Shown piece after piece: positions 17,189 to 25,871 of a stretch of 64,000 bases of DNA (the first letter of the stretch is position 1; each line of letters starts with the position of its first letter). A program made the position numbers and the translations under genes. The notes below the pieces were generated by a model. It did not search any database. It saw nothing but the letters and a program-made list of their open reading frames with translations, and had not been told where the DNA came from. Source of the stretch: an uncultured Ignavibacteriales bacterium (GTDB taxonomy: Bacteria; Zixibacteria; MSB-5A5; GN15; FEB-12); assembly GCA_964396245.1 (NCBI GenBank), contig CAYNEO010000014.1, forward strand, positions 4,315 through 68,314, given 5' to 3'.

Positions 17189-20100
17189 TTATCGAGGTTT
17201 TGTGATGTTATGTTTTTTCATTTTTCTTCGAAGAGTCGTCAGCGGTAACCCCAGAAACCGCGCCGCACGCGACTGATTCCACCGGTGCTGAATCAGCGCC
17301 GAGTGAATTTCAGCCCTCTCCGCTTCCAGTGCGGCTTTCTTCGACGTCTCTGAACTGCTGACGACATCGCGCATCTCCGGCGGAAGCATTTCGCGCGTGA
17401 TCATCCGCCCGGCGCCGGTGATACAACACCGCTCCACGAAATTCCGGAGTTCCCGAACATTTCCCGGCCAATCATAGGCCAGCAAGGCCTGGATAACCTC
17501 GCCGGCAAACCGCGGCGCGGCTCTGCCGGCTGAGAATATGGCGACAAAATGCTGCAATAACGGGATGATATCCGACCGACGCTCTCTCAGCGGCGGAATC
17601 TCGATATCAAACGTGTTGATCCGGTAGTACAGATCCTCCCGGAACCTGCCTTCTTTGACCATCTCGCCGAGGTCCTTGTTGGTCGCATAGATAAACCGCA
17701 CATCCGAATACGTCGTACGATTACTCCCCACCTTCTGAAATTCCCTGGTTTCCAGGACCCGAAGCACCTTCGCCTGCGTTTCGGTCGACATATCGCCGAT
17801 TTCGTCAAGCAGCAGCGTGCCGCCGTCGGCGGCCGCCAGCTTTCCATCCCGACCCTCGACACCGGTCACCGCCCGGTTGGCCACTCCGAACAGCTCGCTC
17901 TCCACCAGGTTTTCCGGAATCGCGGAGCAGTTCACTTTGACCAACGGCATTTCCCGACGGTGAGAAAGGCGGTGAATCATGTCAGCCAGTATTTCCTTGC
18001 CGGTGCCGCTTTCTCCCCTGATGAGCACCGACGCATTCGATCGCGCTATTTCCGGAAGCATGCTCAACAGCGCCTTGGTAACTTCATCGTCGGCAACGAA
18101 CATTGCGCTGCCGCCCAGCTGGTTGATGTCCTCGATAAGCTGCTGATTGATCAGCGTCATGCTCTTGTACCGCTGAATGGTCGACAGCATGACCGACAGG
18201 AAATTCGCTATCGAGTTGATATACTTCACGTCCTGATCATCGAAAAGGGCCGGTATCGTGTGGTGATCGAGATACAGTGCGCCCATCACCGAGCCGTCCG
18301 CCGCAATCGGCAGGCAGATGACCGACAGGATATTATGGTGAATGATGCTCTTGAACCGATTGGTGCGCTTGTCGTTCAGGGCATTTTCGATCACCAGCGG
18401 TTCGAGTTCGCTGCTGACCCGGAGTGGAATAGAGGAACTGATACTCTCGATATCATCGAGACTGTCCTCGTCGCAATTCTCGTAAGCTACCACCTGCAGC
18501 TTACCGGACTGCTCCTTTTTGAGCAGCAGGGCGCCCCGCTCCGCTCCGGTGGCCTCGACGGCAAACCGCACCATCGCCTTCAGCGAATCGGCGTAGCGAT
18601 CGATATTCTGGAAGATTTCCGAGATAACGTGAATGGAATGAACCAGTTGCGACTCACCTTCGGCGCTCGCCAGGGTAAGCTTGAGTTCGTCGTTGATCTT
18701 CGCCTGAAAGCTGTCGTTCGACAGCGCTTCGGCCAGCGTCCGTGCGCGCAGGAAAAACTTCCTCGCGAACTTGATTCTCGACCCGAGCAAATACAGCTGT
18801 CCGATTCGATAGGCGGACAGCATGCCGAGAAATTTCTGCTCGCCCTCCACGAGAATGGAATGAATTTCCTTGAACGTACGAATCTGCGCGTTCGGCGAAT
18901 TATCCCCCGAGCGTACCAGATTGACCAGATTGAGAAGCGACCGTAAAACAGGCGAATTCGTTTTTGCATAAGGGTCGAGGAAAGGCCCGATCAGCTTGAT
19001 CGCCCCTTTCGACGCAGTCTCGTCGGACGATAGCAGGACATAAAGCGCCGTCAGCACGGCATACATGCGGCAGTCGTATTTCAAAAGCTCTTCGATGCGC
19101 CTGAGGAGAGGAGATGCGTCCACCGGACCGCTACTGTAATAGACCTCTTGTATGGCCCTGATTGTCGCGATTTCAGCCAGCGAGCTCTTGTCGCCGATTT
19201 CTTCGAAGACCGCCGCGGCCGAGTTCAGCGCCGACGTGCACTCATCCATTTTCCCCCGGTACAGTGCGATTTCTGCGAGATTGTGGTATGCTTTACCCTG
19301 GTACGCCGATGAGTGCGCCGAGCGGAGCAGTTGCAGCGCCTGAACGCAGGACGAACGAGCCTGTTCGAGGTTGCCCGAGTTAGCTTTCAGAAAGGCATCA
19401 TAGCAGTAGTGGGAGATAAGGGCGCTTCGGTCGACATCGACTGATTTCAGGTTGAATACGCGCTGGAGCCAGTACTCGGCTTTCCGATATTCGCCTTCCC
19501 TCATGTGGGCGGCGCTGAGCGTGTAGAACACGGCCGGCAGGCGGAGAGCGGCCAAAGGCGAAACCGCGTTCTCCTCGCTCATCTTGGCATATTCAATCGC
19601 TTTCCTGAACTCCGTTCGCTCGTGATAGATCATAGCCAGTAAATTGGTGATCAGCATTACGCTGAGCCGTGAGTCGGTCGTGCGGGCGCCTTTGAGACCG
19701 TTCTGGAGGTGTCTGACGGCAGCGGGCTTGTCTCCCTGCCAGAGGCTGAGAATCGCCCGCGTATAAGTCGCCATCGTCTCAACCTCGTGGTCTCCAATTT
19801 CTATCGCCTCCTCCAGGGTTTCTTCAATTGTCGCCGCCGCCTCTTCTAATCGGCCGCGAAGACCGGCGTCGAAAGCCTGCGATCTCTTCATCTGAAGGTA
19901 ATACCTGGGGGTCTCCTTGAGCCTCTCATCGGCCAACGCACGCTCGACCAGTGTTGACCCTCGGTCATAGTCAGCCATTGAGTTATATCGAAGGACCAGC
20001 TCATACAGGAGTTCCGGATCAAACCGGTTCTGGCGCTCCACAATCTCCCGGACCTTCTCGTAGTATTCGGCCGCCCGCGAAACGCGGTTAAGGACCGTAG

Positions 20101-21379
20101 CCAGATAAGCGAGCTTGCGGTAAATCTGTTCCCGTTTCTCCGACCCGTCTTCTTCAGGATGATCTTCAAGCGCTGTGAGGGCGGTCTTGAGTCGCAAGTA
20201 CGCTTTTTGGAAATGCTCGCTTTTCTCGTCATCGCCGGCCTCGGCCACCAGCCGGTCTATATCGACCCGTTCCGGTGAACTCACCAGCCGCGAAGGGCCC
20301 GGGCCCGACGCGATAATCCGCTCCAGCCGGCTATACGTTTTCTGAAGCGTGTCATCGTCGGCCGAAAAGTGCCAGTAATCGCCGAGACGGCTGATTTCCG
20401 CCTTCTGAAAAAGGAATTTGAACGCCTTGAGTGTTTCCAGCGGCCGATTGGAATAGGCTGCATTGAAATCGATTATCAGTTCTTCGCGAAGTCCCAGCAC
20501 ACGATTTCGCTGGAAAAACGATTTCAGGCTGCTGCCGGCGCCCGCAAGTTTCCGGCGCTCGCGACAAAAACCGGTGAGCAGGCCCATGGCCAGGACGGAT
20601 TTCTGAGCCGACTCATATGCCGGTTCATCGATAAGCCCGTATTGTCTCAGTCCTTCGACAAGCGATCGCGGACGCCTGACCGGATCGTCCTGTGTGAGTT
20701 GAGCGGTAAATGCCCGTAATTTCTCGATATCTACTGCCGCCGATTCATCGGCCGACCTTGCCCGGGACTCGAGATGCTCGATTAGTTTGGCAAGCGATAC
20801 ACCGAGGGAATAGTTGTCGGACTGGGTGGTGATCCTGTCATTGGCCCGGATTTCAGGCGCAATATGCTCCGGTGTACCCAGGATTTTTGCCTTCGGACGG
20901 GAGTCGGTCTTGCACAAAAAATCGAGATCGACAAGGATAACCGACCGGCTACCGTTGACCGAATTCACCAGGAAATTTGACAGTTTCAAGTCGCAGTGGA
21001 CCAGATCCAACAGGTGCAAGTAGTCTATTACGATACATATCTGGAGCAATATCGAACTGAAATCGGCCCGAAAGTCTTCCGGTGTCAGCTCCCGCCAGAC
21101 CTCGGTGTCGAGATAAGGATACTCGACAAACAGATTGCCGGCCTCGAGACGCTTCCGCCGCGCCCACAATACCTTGTAGCTGTAGGCGCCCTTCTGACAG
21201 GCGAAAGAATCGCTCAGAATCTCCTTCAAGGCGCTGACATTAAGCATGTTAGTCGGCGAAATTGTCTTGATAAAACACTTCCGGCCGCTTGCGATGCGGG
21301 TGGCCCACCACGACTGACACATGTCGTTTTCCGCCATGAGCCGGTCGAATCGATAGGCCTTTGATTTCGGCTGTATCAT
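17189..21379 (-). CDS. Ser/Thr protein kinase - TPR - GAF - sigma-54-type AAA+ - Fis HTH fusion regulator
   Basis: 1396 aa. Kinase motifs CFIKT, HCDLKLSN, DLDF, GTPEHIAPE. Long TPR-like helical middle, then a GAF-like region. AAA+ motifs GESGTGKE, ESELFG, GGTLLLDEIG. The GAFTGA loop position reads RAVTGV (17858-17875). C-terminal HTH NQSRAARFLGLPLTTLRRKMKK. Confidence 0.95.
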   Translation of the reverse strand: MIQPKSKAYRFDRLMAENDMCQSWWATRIASGRKCFIKTISPTNMLNVSALKEILSDSFACQKGAYSYKVLWARRKRLEAGNLFVEYPYLDTEVWRELTPEDFRADFSSILLQICIVIDYLHLLDLVHCDLKLSNFLVNSVNGSRSVILVDLDFLCKTDSRPKAKILGTPEHIAPEIRANDRITTQSDNYSLGVSLAKLIEHLESRARSADESAAVDIEKLRAFTAQLTQDDPVRRPRSLVEGLRQYGLIDEPAYESAQKSVLAMGLLTGFCRERRKLAGAGSSLKSFFQRNRVLGLREELIIDFNAAYSNRPLETLKAFKFLFQKAEISRLGDYWHFSADDDTLQKTYSRLERIIASGPGPSRLVSSPERVDIDRLVAEAGDDEKSEHFQKAYLRLKTALTALEDHPEEDGSEKREQIYRKLAYLATVLNRVSRAAEYYEKVREIVERQNRFDPELLYELVLRYNSMADYDRGSTLVERALADERLKETPRYYLQMKRSQAFDAGLRGRLEEAAATIEETLEEAIEIGDHEVETMATYTRAILSLWQGDKPAAVRHLQNGLKGARTTDSRLSVMLITNLLAMIYHERTEFRKAIEYAKMSEENAVSPLAALRLPAVFYTLSAAHMREGEYRKAEYWLQRVFNLKSVDVDRSALISHYCYDAFLKANSGNLEQARSSCVQALQLLRSAHSSAYQGKAYHNLAEIALYRGKMDECTSALNSAAAVFEEIGDKSSLAEIATIRAIQEVYYSSGPVDASPLLRRIEELLKYDCRMYAVLTALYVLLSSDETASKGAIKLIGPFLDPYAKTNSPVLRSLLNLVNLVRSGDNSPNAQIRTFKEIHSILVEGEQKFLGMLSAYRIGQLYLLGSRIKFARKFFLRARTLAEALSNDSFQAKINDELKLTLASAEGESQLVHSIHVISEIFQNIDRYADSLKAMVRFAVEATGAERGALLLKKEQSGKLQVVAYENCDEDSLDDIESISSSIPLRVSSELEPLVIENALNDKRTNRFKSIIHHNILSVICLPIAADGSVMGALYLDHHTIPALFDDQDVKYINSIANFLSVMLSTIQRYKSMTLINQQLIEDINQLGGSAMFVADDEVTKALLSMLPEIARSNASVLIRGESGTGKEILADMIHRLSHRREMPLVKVNCSAIPENLVESELFGVANRAVTGVEGRDGKLAAADGGTLLLDEIGDMSTETQAKVLRVLETREFQKVGSNRTTYSDVRFIYATNKDLGEMVKEGRFREDLYYRINTFDIEIPPLRERRSDIIPLLQHFVAIFSAGRAAPRFAGEVIQALLAYDWPGNVRELRNFVERCCITGAGRMITREMLPPEMRDVVSSSETSKKAALEAERAEIHSALIQHRWNQSRAARFLGLPLTTLRRKMKKHNITKPR

Positions 21380-21479
21380 GACAAAGTAACCCCGTCCATT
21401 TTCACGAGCCCCGTCTGTCGGGATGAATTACGGGAAATCTGACAGCGAGCCCGTACCAGCAATATAGAGAATCTGCCAT

Positions 21480-21503
21480 TTTTTTCAAATTTCTTTGAAA
21501 AAA
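21480..21503. promoter_or_regulatory. AT-rich perfect palindrome upstream of the kinase-regulator gene
   Basis: TTTTTTCAAA-tttc-TTTGAAAAAA, about 100 bp upstream of ATG 21379 in otherwise GC-rich DNA. It is followed by the imperfect inverted repeat CTACTGCCA-gaaag-TGACAGTAG (21511-21533). Confidence 0.4.
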
Positions 21504-21609
21504 TCAATTTCTACTGCCAGAAAGTGACAGTAGCCTTCCGTACATTAGGCCATAGGATGTCGACAAACCGTCACAGGCTCGACATTGCAAAGGGGGCCAG
21601 ACGTTAAGT

Positions 21610-21684
21610 GGGCAGGGCAAGTAAATCCGTCTGAGGGGGGTAGGAAACTACCGATTGGAGCTTGCCCCTGCCCCTTTTATTTAT
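21610..21684 (+). ncRNA. orphan terminator-like structured element (candidate sRNA 3' end or leader/attenuator)
   Basis: A 12-bp stem, GGGCAGGGCAAG (21610-21621) with CTTGCCCCTGCCC (21661-21673, one bulged C). It encloses an inner GGTAG-GAAA-CTACC hairpin (GNRA loop, 21639-21652). CTTTTATTTAT follows. No upstream +strand gene. Confidence 0.4.
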
Positions 21685-21895
21685 CCTTAAGTATCGCTCT
21701 TTCTCCATTTTTGTCAAGAAATAGATGCCGATGCTTGCCTGTCCGCCCTCCGGGCTTGCCTCACGGCCAATTACGCCGCCGGATCAGTCGCACGTCAGAC
21801 GGTCCATCTTCGCCGGGGCACTTGACAGCCGCGCAGCATGTCGCCATTTTATCTGTCACCATTAATAGGTGTTAACCATAGGCGAGGAGGTGTGT

Positions 21896-23509
21896 ATGCT
21901 AAGGTCCGTCGCTGTTATTCTTCTCTTGCTCGTGTTTCTCCTGCCGGTGGCGCCGGTTTTTGCGTCGCCCGGAGACACGGTAACGTCCATTCCCACCCCC
22001 CGGTGTTGCCCGCAGGGTTTGACGTTCGATGGCACCCACCTCTGGAATGCCGACCGTCGAACCGACATGATCTATCGCATCGACCCGGCCACCGGCTCGG
22101 TGGTGGATTCCATTCCGACCCCCGGCTACGCGCCGCTGGGACTGACCTGGGACGGTCAGCGGCTGTGGATTATCGATGCCGACGAAGAGCTGATCTATGC
22201 TGTCGACCCGCAAACCCGCATCGTGGAAAAGACGATTTATTGCCCGGTCAGCAGCCCCGGCGGACTGGCATGGGACGGGGAGTTCCTCTGGATATCCGAC
22301 GACGGCGGTAATACAATAGATAAAATCAGCCCCGAAGACGGCACTACGATCATTTCACTCCCGGCACCGTCGTCTCACCCCGGCGGTCTGACATGGGACG
22401 GTGAATACCTGTGGGTCGCCGACCGGGTGCAGGACATGATCTACATGATCACGCCGGATCGCGGCGACGTTATCATTTCGTTCGCCTCACCCGGTCCTCA
22501 TGCCTGGGGACTGGCCTGGGACGGCAAGAACATATGGAGTGCGGACTACCAGACCGACCGCATTTATAAGCTGGTCGTGGACGACGGGACGTTGTTCTCC
22601 CGCATGAACGAGAAGACCGAGCGTGTCGATTTCATCCACCAGGTACGAAATTTCGGCCCGGATACCATGACCGTCCTCGATGTCTATCTCGCGGTTCCCG
22701 AAAACCTGAACAGCCAGGAGATCCTCGGCGAGATCAAATACGACCCGCAGCCAAAAGAATTTCTGACCGACAAGTGGGGACAGAAAGTCGCCCATTACGA
22801 GTTCACCAATCTGGGCGCCACGGAATTCCGGACGGTCACCATGACAACCGATGTCAGGCTGTACCAGAACCGGTATTACATCTATCCGGACAAGGTCGGT
22901 TCACTGGCCGAGATTCCGAAGGAGATACGGGAGAAGTATCTTGTCAACGATACCAAGTTCGACATGGAAAACCCGATCATCCGGAAAGCGGTACAGGCGG
23001 CCGTCGGCGACGAAACCAACCCGTTCTGGATAGCCCGCAGGATATTCAACTATATCATCGAGCACATGGAATATGAACGCGTCGGTGGATGGAATGTGGC
23101 GCCGACCGTGCTGGCCCGCGGTAACGGCTCGTGCTCGGAGTACACCTTCGTTTATATCGCCATGTGCCGGGCGGCCGGGTTGCCGGCGAGATACGCCGGT
23201 TCGGTCGTGATTCGCGGCGATGACGCTTCATGGGACAACGTCTATCACCGGTGGGTCGAAGTGTACCTGCCCAACTTCGGATGGATTCCGGTCGATCCGT
23301 CGGGCGGTGACTCGGAGTGGCCGGGTCAGCAGGCAAACAGCTTCGGCTACCTCAACAACCGCTTCCTCATTACCACCATCGGTGGCGGCGGTTCCGAGTA
23401 TCTTGGATGGAGCTACAATTCCAATGAGGAATGGAAGTCGAAAGGCCGGTGTAAAATCGTCGTTGAAAACTTCGGCGAGTGGTCGCCTCTGAACATGGAA
23501 ACAGAGTAG
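21896..23509 (+). CDS. secreted beta-propeller-repeat protein with C-terminal transglutaminase-like core
   Basis: ORF 21869..23509 trimmed to ATG 21896 (GAGGAGG RBS; signal peptide MLRSVAVILLLLVFLLPVAPVFA). Five tandem ~48-aa repeats with G(L)TWDGxxLW. C-terminal Cys-His-Asp core context: GNGSCSEYTFVYIAMCRAAGLPARY, YHRWVEVYL, GWIPVDPS. Confidence 0.9.
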   Translation: MLRSVAVILLLLVFLLPVAPVFASPGDTVTSIPTPRCCPQGLTFDGTHLWNADRRTDMIYRIDPATGSVVDSIPTPGYAPLGLTWDGQRLWIIDADEELIYAVDPQTRIVEKTIYCPVSSPGGLAWDGEFLWISDDGGNTIDKISPEDGTTIISLPAPSSHPGGLTWDGEYLWVADRVQDMIYMITPDRGDVIISFASPGPHAWGLAWDGKNIWSADYQTDRIYKLVVDDGTLFSRMNEKTERVDFIHQVRNFGPDTMTVLDVYLAVPENLNSQEILGEIKYDPQPKEFLTDKWGQKVAHYEFTNLGATEFRTVTMTTDVRLYQNRYYIYPDKVGSLAEIPKEIREKYLVNDTKFDMENPIIRKAVQAAVGDETNPFWIARRIFNYIIEHMEYERVGGWNVAPTVLARGNGSCSEYTFVYIAMCRAAGLPARYAGSVVIRGDDASWDNVYHRWVEVYLPNFGWIPVDPSGGDSEWPGQQANSFGYLNNRFLITTIGGGGSEYLGWSYNSNEEWKSKGRCKIVVENFGEWSPLNMETE

Positions 23510-23538
23510 TCCAGGTACTACAGAGGGTAACATTCCGT

Positions 23539-23577
23539 GCGGCCGCCCCCGGTATCGGGAGCGGCCGCTTTACATTT
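23539..23577. terminator. hairpin between convergent genes (possible bidirectional terminator)
   Basis: GCGGCCGC-CCCC-ggtatc-GGGA-GCGGCCGC followed by TTTACATTT. It lies between stops at 23509 (+) and 23585 (-). Confidence 0.5.
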
Positions 23578-23584
23578 GCGTGCG

Positions 23585-24130
23585 TTACTTCTGCTGCTCG
23601 GCGGTGTCCTGTTGTTCTTCGGTTGTCTTTTTCACGTGCGTCGTGTCGTCTTCGGCGTGTTTCAACTCGGTCGGCGTTTCGGCGGCCGGCACAATAGTGA
23701 ACTGAAGGCCCTTCAACACATTCCCGTCTGCATCCAGCACCTTCACATCCCACTTGCCAGTCCAGTCGGGAAGGATCGCCTTGCTGCTCCAGGTCCGCCA
23801 CGACGGACTTTTCACCGGCAGTTCAACCCTGGCCATTTCCTCGCCTTCGTGAGTCCAGACGTCGACTATCATCGTCGTGTCCTTCGCTCCCGTTACCTTG
23901 GTCCACAGGTATACAGTGTCGACATCGGCCGGGAACTCGGTCGCGGCGCCGACCGGCATCCGATCCTGTATTCCCGTGCAAACCTCCGCCTCGACCGTCA
24001 TCACACCGGCGGTTGAATCAGCTGCTTGCGTAGCTTTCTGAGTAGTATCCTCGGCGGCTTCCTGGGCGGCTCCCAGGACCGGCAGCATGAGTATCGCCAG
24101 GACGGCGAAACGGACCATCATCTTGTACAT
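23585..24130 (-). CDS. secreted protein, DUF2914-like
   Basis: 181 aa. RBS AGGAGG and a signal peptide. Central region VYLWTKVTG...VDVWTHEGEEMARVELPVKSPSWRTWSSK...GKWDVKVLDADGNVL resembles DUF2914 (from memory). Acidic, low-complexity C-terminus. Confidence 0.75.
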   Translation of the reverse strand: MYKMMVRFAVLAILMLPVLGAAQEAAEDTTQKATQAADSTAGVMTVEAEVCTGIQDRMPVGAATEFPADVDTVYLWTKVTGAKDTTMIVDVWTHEGEEMARVELPVKSPSWRTWSSKAILPDWTGKWDVKVLDADGNVLKGLQFTIVPAAETPTELKHAEDDTTHVKKTTEEQQDTAEQQK

Positions 24131-24315
24131 GCCTACCTCCTCTTGTATTTGTGCGCGGATACACGGTGGTGATACCTATTCAAGTATATGCTTCGTACAA
24201 TGTACGCAAGTAGAAAACGACGAAAATCGGACATCTGTCCGGTCTCCGGAACGGGAACCCGGCCTGTCAGAGAACGTTTATCGGGGCAGGGAGTTCCCAC
24301 GGCAGCGCCGAGAGT

Positions 24316-24343
24316 TTGACAAACCGGATCGCTTTAGTATCTT
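24316..24343 (+). promoter_or_regulatory. candidate sigma-70-type promoter of the DUF362 gene
   Basis: TTGACA, 16-nt spacer, TATCTT(AA), about 60 nt upstream of ATG 24403. Same layout as 581-608. Confidence 0.45.
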
Positions 24344-24402
24344 AACCGGTGGCCCGATACAGGGGTATAAGACTTTGACCGTTTTAGCCGAAAGAATACA
24401 AC

Positions 24403-25521
24403 ATGTATAGATCAAAAGTAGCGGTTCTCCGGACAAATGCCGAACGGGTGGTCGAGGACTACGGCAGGCTTCTTGATTTGATCGAATATCGATCGATTAT
24501 CGATTTCAGCCAGAAGACCGTTCTCAAGCTTAACCTCTCATGGACCAAGTACTTCCCTGCCTGTTCCTCGCAGCCGTGGCAGGTCGAGGGCGTGGTTCGG
24601 AAGTTTGTCGGCGACGGCATCCCGCGTGACAATCTTATCCCCGTCGAAAACAAGACCGTCGTCACCAACCCGATCAAAGGGGCAAAGAACAATCTCTGGA
24701 TGCCGGTGCTCGAGAATTACGGCCTCGGGTTTACGCCGCTTCCCGGTGTCGAGTGGGTTGTTTACAACTTCAAGTCGAAGTTGCTGAAGCTCAACGAGAT
24801 TTTCCCCGAAGGCATTCAGATCCCCAAAATGTACATCGGCAAACAGATCGTTCACCTGCCGACCGTCAAAACCCACGGCCATTCCACGACAACCGGCGCC
24901 ATCAAGAATTCATTCGGCGGGTTGCTCAAGGAAGTTCGCCATTACGCCCATAAGTACATGCACGAAGTGCTGGTCGACCTGATGCTGATGCAGAAAGAAC
25001 TGCACCCGAATATCCTGGCCGTTATGGATGGTACCGTTGCCGGCGACGGCGCCGGACCGCGCACCATGATCCCGCATGGCAAGAACCTTATTCTCGCTTC
25101 AGCCGATTCGGTCGCTATCGACGCCACCGCGGCGAAACTCATGGGATTCGACCCGCTGAGCATTCCTTACTTGAGGATGTGTCACGAGCGCGGGCTTGGC
25201 GTCGCCGACCCAAAAGAGATAGAGATTCTCGGGGAGGATATCGAAGAGATCAATTTTAACTTTCACACCAAGAAGTCGCTCGTCATCTGGGGAGACCAGA
25301 TGCTTCGCAAGGGACCGCTGCGCTTCCTAGAGAAGGTCGCGCTCCACTCGCCGTTAGTCGTATGGGCGCCCATGGCCAGCAATATCTATCACGACTGGTT
25401 CTGGTACCCGACTGTCGGGAAGTCAATCATCCGCAAGTTCTCCGGCACGGAGTGGGGACAGCTGTTCGAGAAATACAAAAACTACCAGCCGTCGAGCGGC
25501 GTCGAAACCACCGCTCAATAA
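24403..25521 (+). CDS. DUF362 domain-containing protein
   Basis: 372 aa. LKLNLSW..., VHLPTVKTHGHSTTTGAIKNSFGGLL and AVMDGTVAGDGAGP are typical DUF362 signatures (from memory). Confidence 0.88.
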   Translation: MYRSKVAVLRTNAERVVEDYGRLLDLIEYRSIIDFSQKTVLKLNLSWTKYFPACSSQPWQVEGVVRKFVGDGIPRDNLIPVENKTVVTNPIKGAKNNLWMPVLENYGLGFTPLPGVEWVVYNFKSKLLKLNEIFPEGIQIPKMYIGKQIVHLPTVKTHGHSTTTGAIKNSFGGLLKEVRHYAHKYMHEVLVDLMLMQKELHPNILAVMDGTVAGDGAGPRTMIPHGKNLILASADSVAIDATAAKLMGFDPLSIPYLRMCHERGLGVADPKEIEILGEDIEEINFNFHTKKSLVIWGDQMLRKGPLRFLEKVALHSPLVVWAPMASNIYHDWFWYPTVGKSIIRKFSGTEWGQLFEKYKNYQPSSGVETTAQ

Positions 25522-25871
25522 TCGTGGGTCCCGACCACGAGTTCCTTACCGAAGTTGTCCTTTATTAACTGCGTGAGCTGATCGAAATCCAGTGGGCACT
25601 TCCCGGTCTTTTTCGCCTTGACCACACATGTCCCGAGATGGATGGTATCGAATTCATTACCGATCATGGTATTGATCTCGTTCATCAGGGTGAGCTTGGG
25701 CATGATCAGGCCCGGGCAGTCGCCGCAATCTCCGAGCGCCACCAGCTCGACCTCGCCCTTGTAGCGGGCAAACTCGCCGTCACGATTCTTCAGCGCCTTC
25801 AAACATTTGGCACAGGCGATGCAGAGATGATCCTGCACGCGCCGGCAGCCCACAATAGCGATTCTTGTCAT
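25515..25871 (-). CDS. CGGC-domain protein
   Basis: ORF 25515..26147 trimmed to MTRIAIVGC (AAGGA RBS). Cys-rich pattern CIACAKC...GDCGDCPG...HLGTC fits the CGGC domain, with CGDC in place of CGGC. Its 3' end overlaps the convergent DUF362 gene by 7 nt. Confidence 0.8.
   Translation of the reverse strand: MTRIAIVGCRRVQDHLCIACAKCLKALKNRDGEFARYKGEVELVALGDCGDCPGLIMPKLTLMNEINTMIGNEFDTIHLGTCVVKAKKTGKCPLDFDQLTQLIKDNFGKELVVGTHDY

Noticed and set aside
21610-21684. Possible c-di-GMP-I (GEMM-I) riboswitch assignment for the structured element
   Set aside because: Only short similarities exist (GGCAAG, GGUAGG...ACCGAUUGG). The element has one internal hairpin instead of the two-hairpin aptamer. It is kept as an unassigned structured element only.
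25808-25823. Near-consensus sigma-54 motif TGGCAC-AGGCG-ATGCA on the +strand
   Set aside because: It lies inside the CGGC-domain gene on the opposite strand, and the next +strand gene is about 630 nt away. A match of this quality is expected by chance roughly once in 128 kb of two-strand sequence, so I treat it as coincidental.
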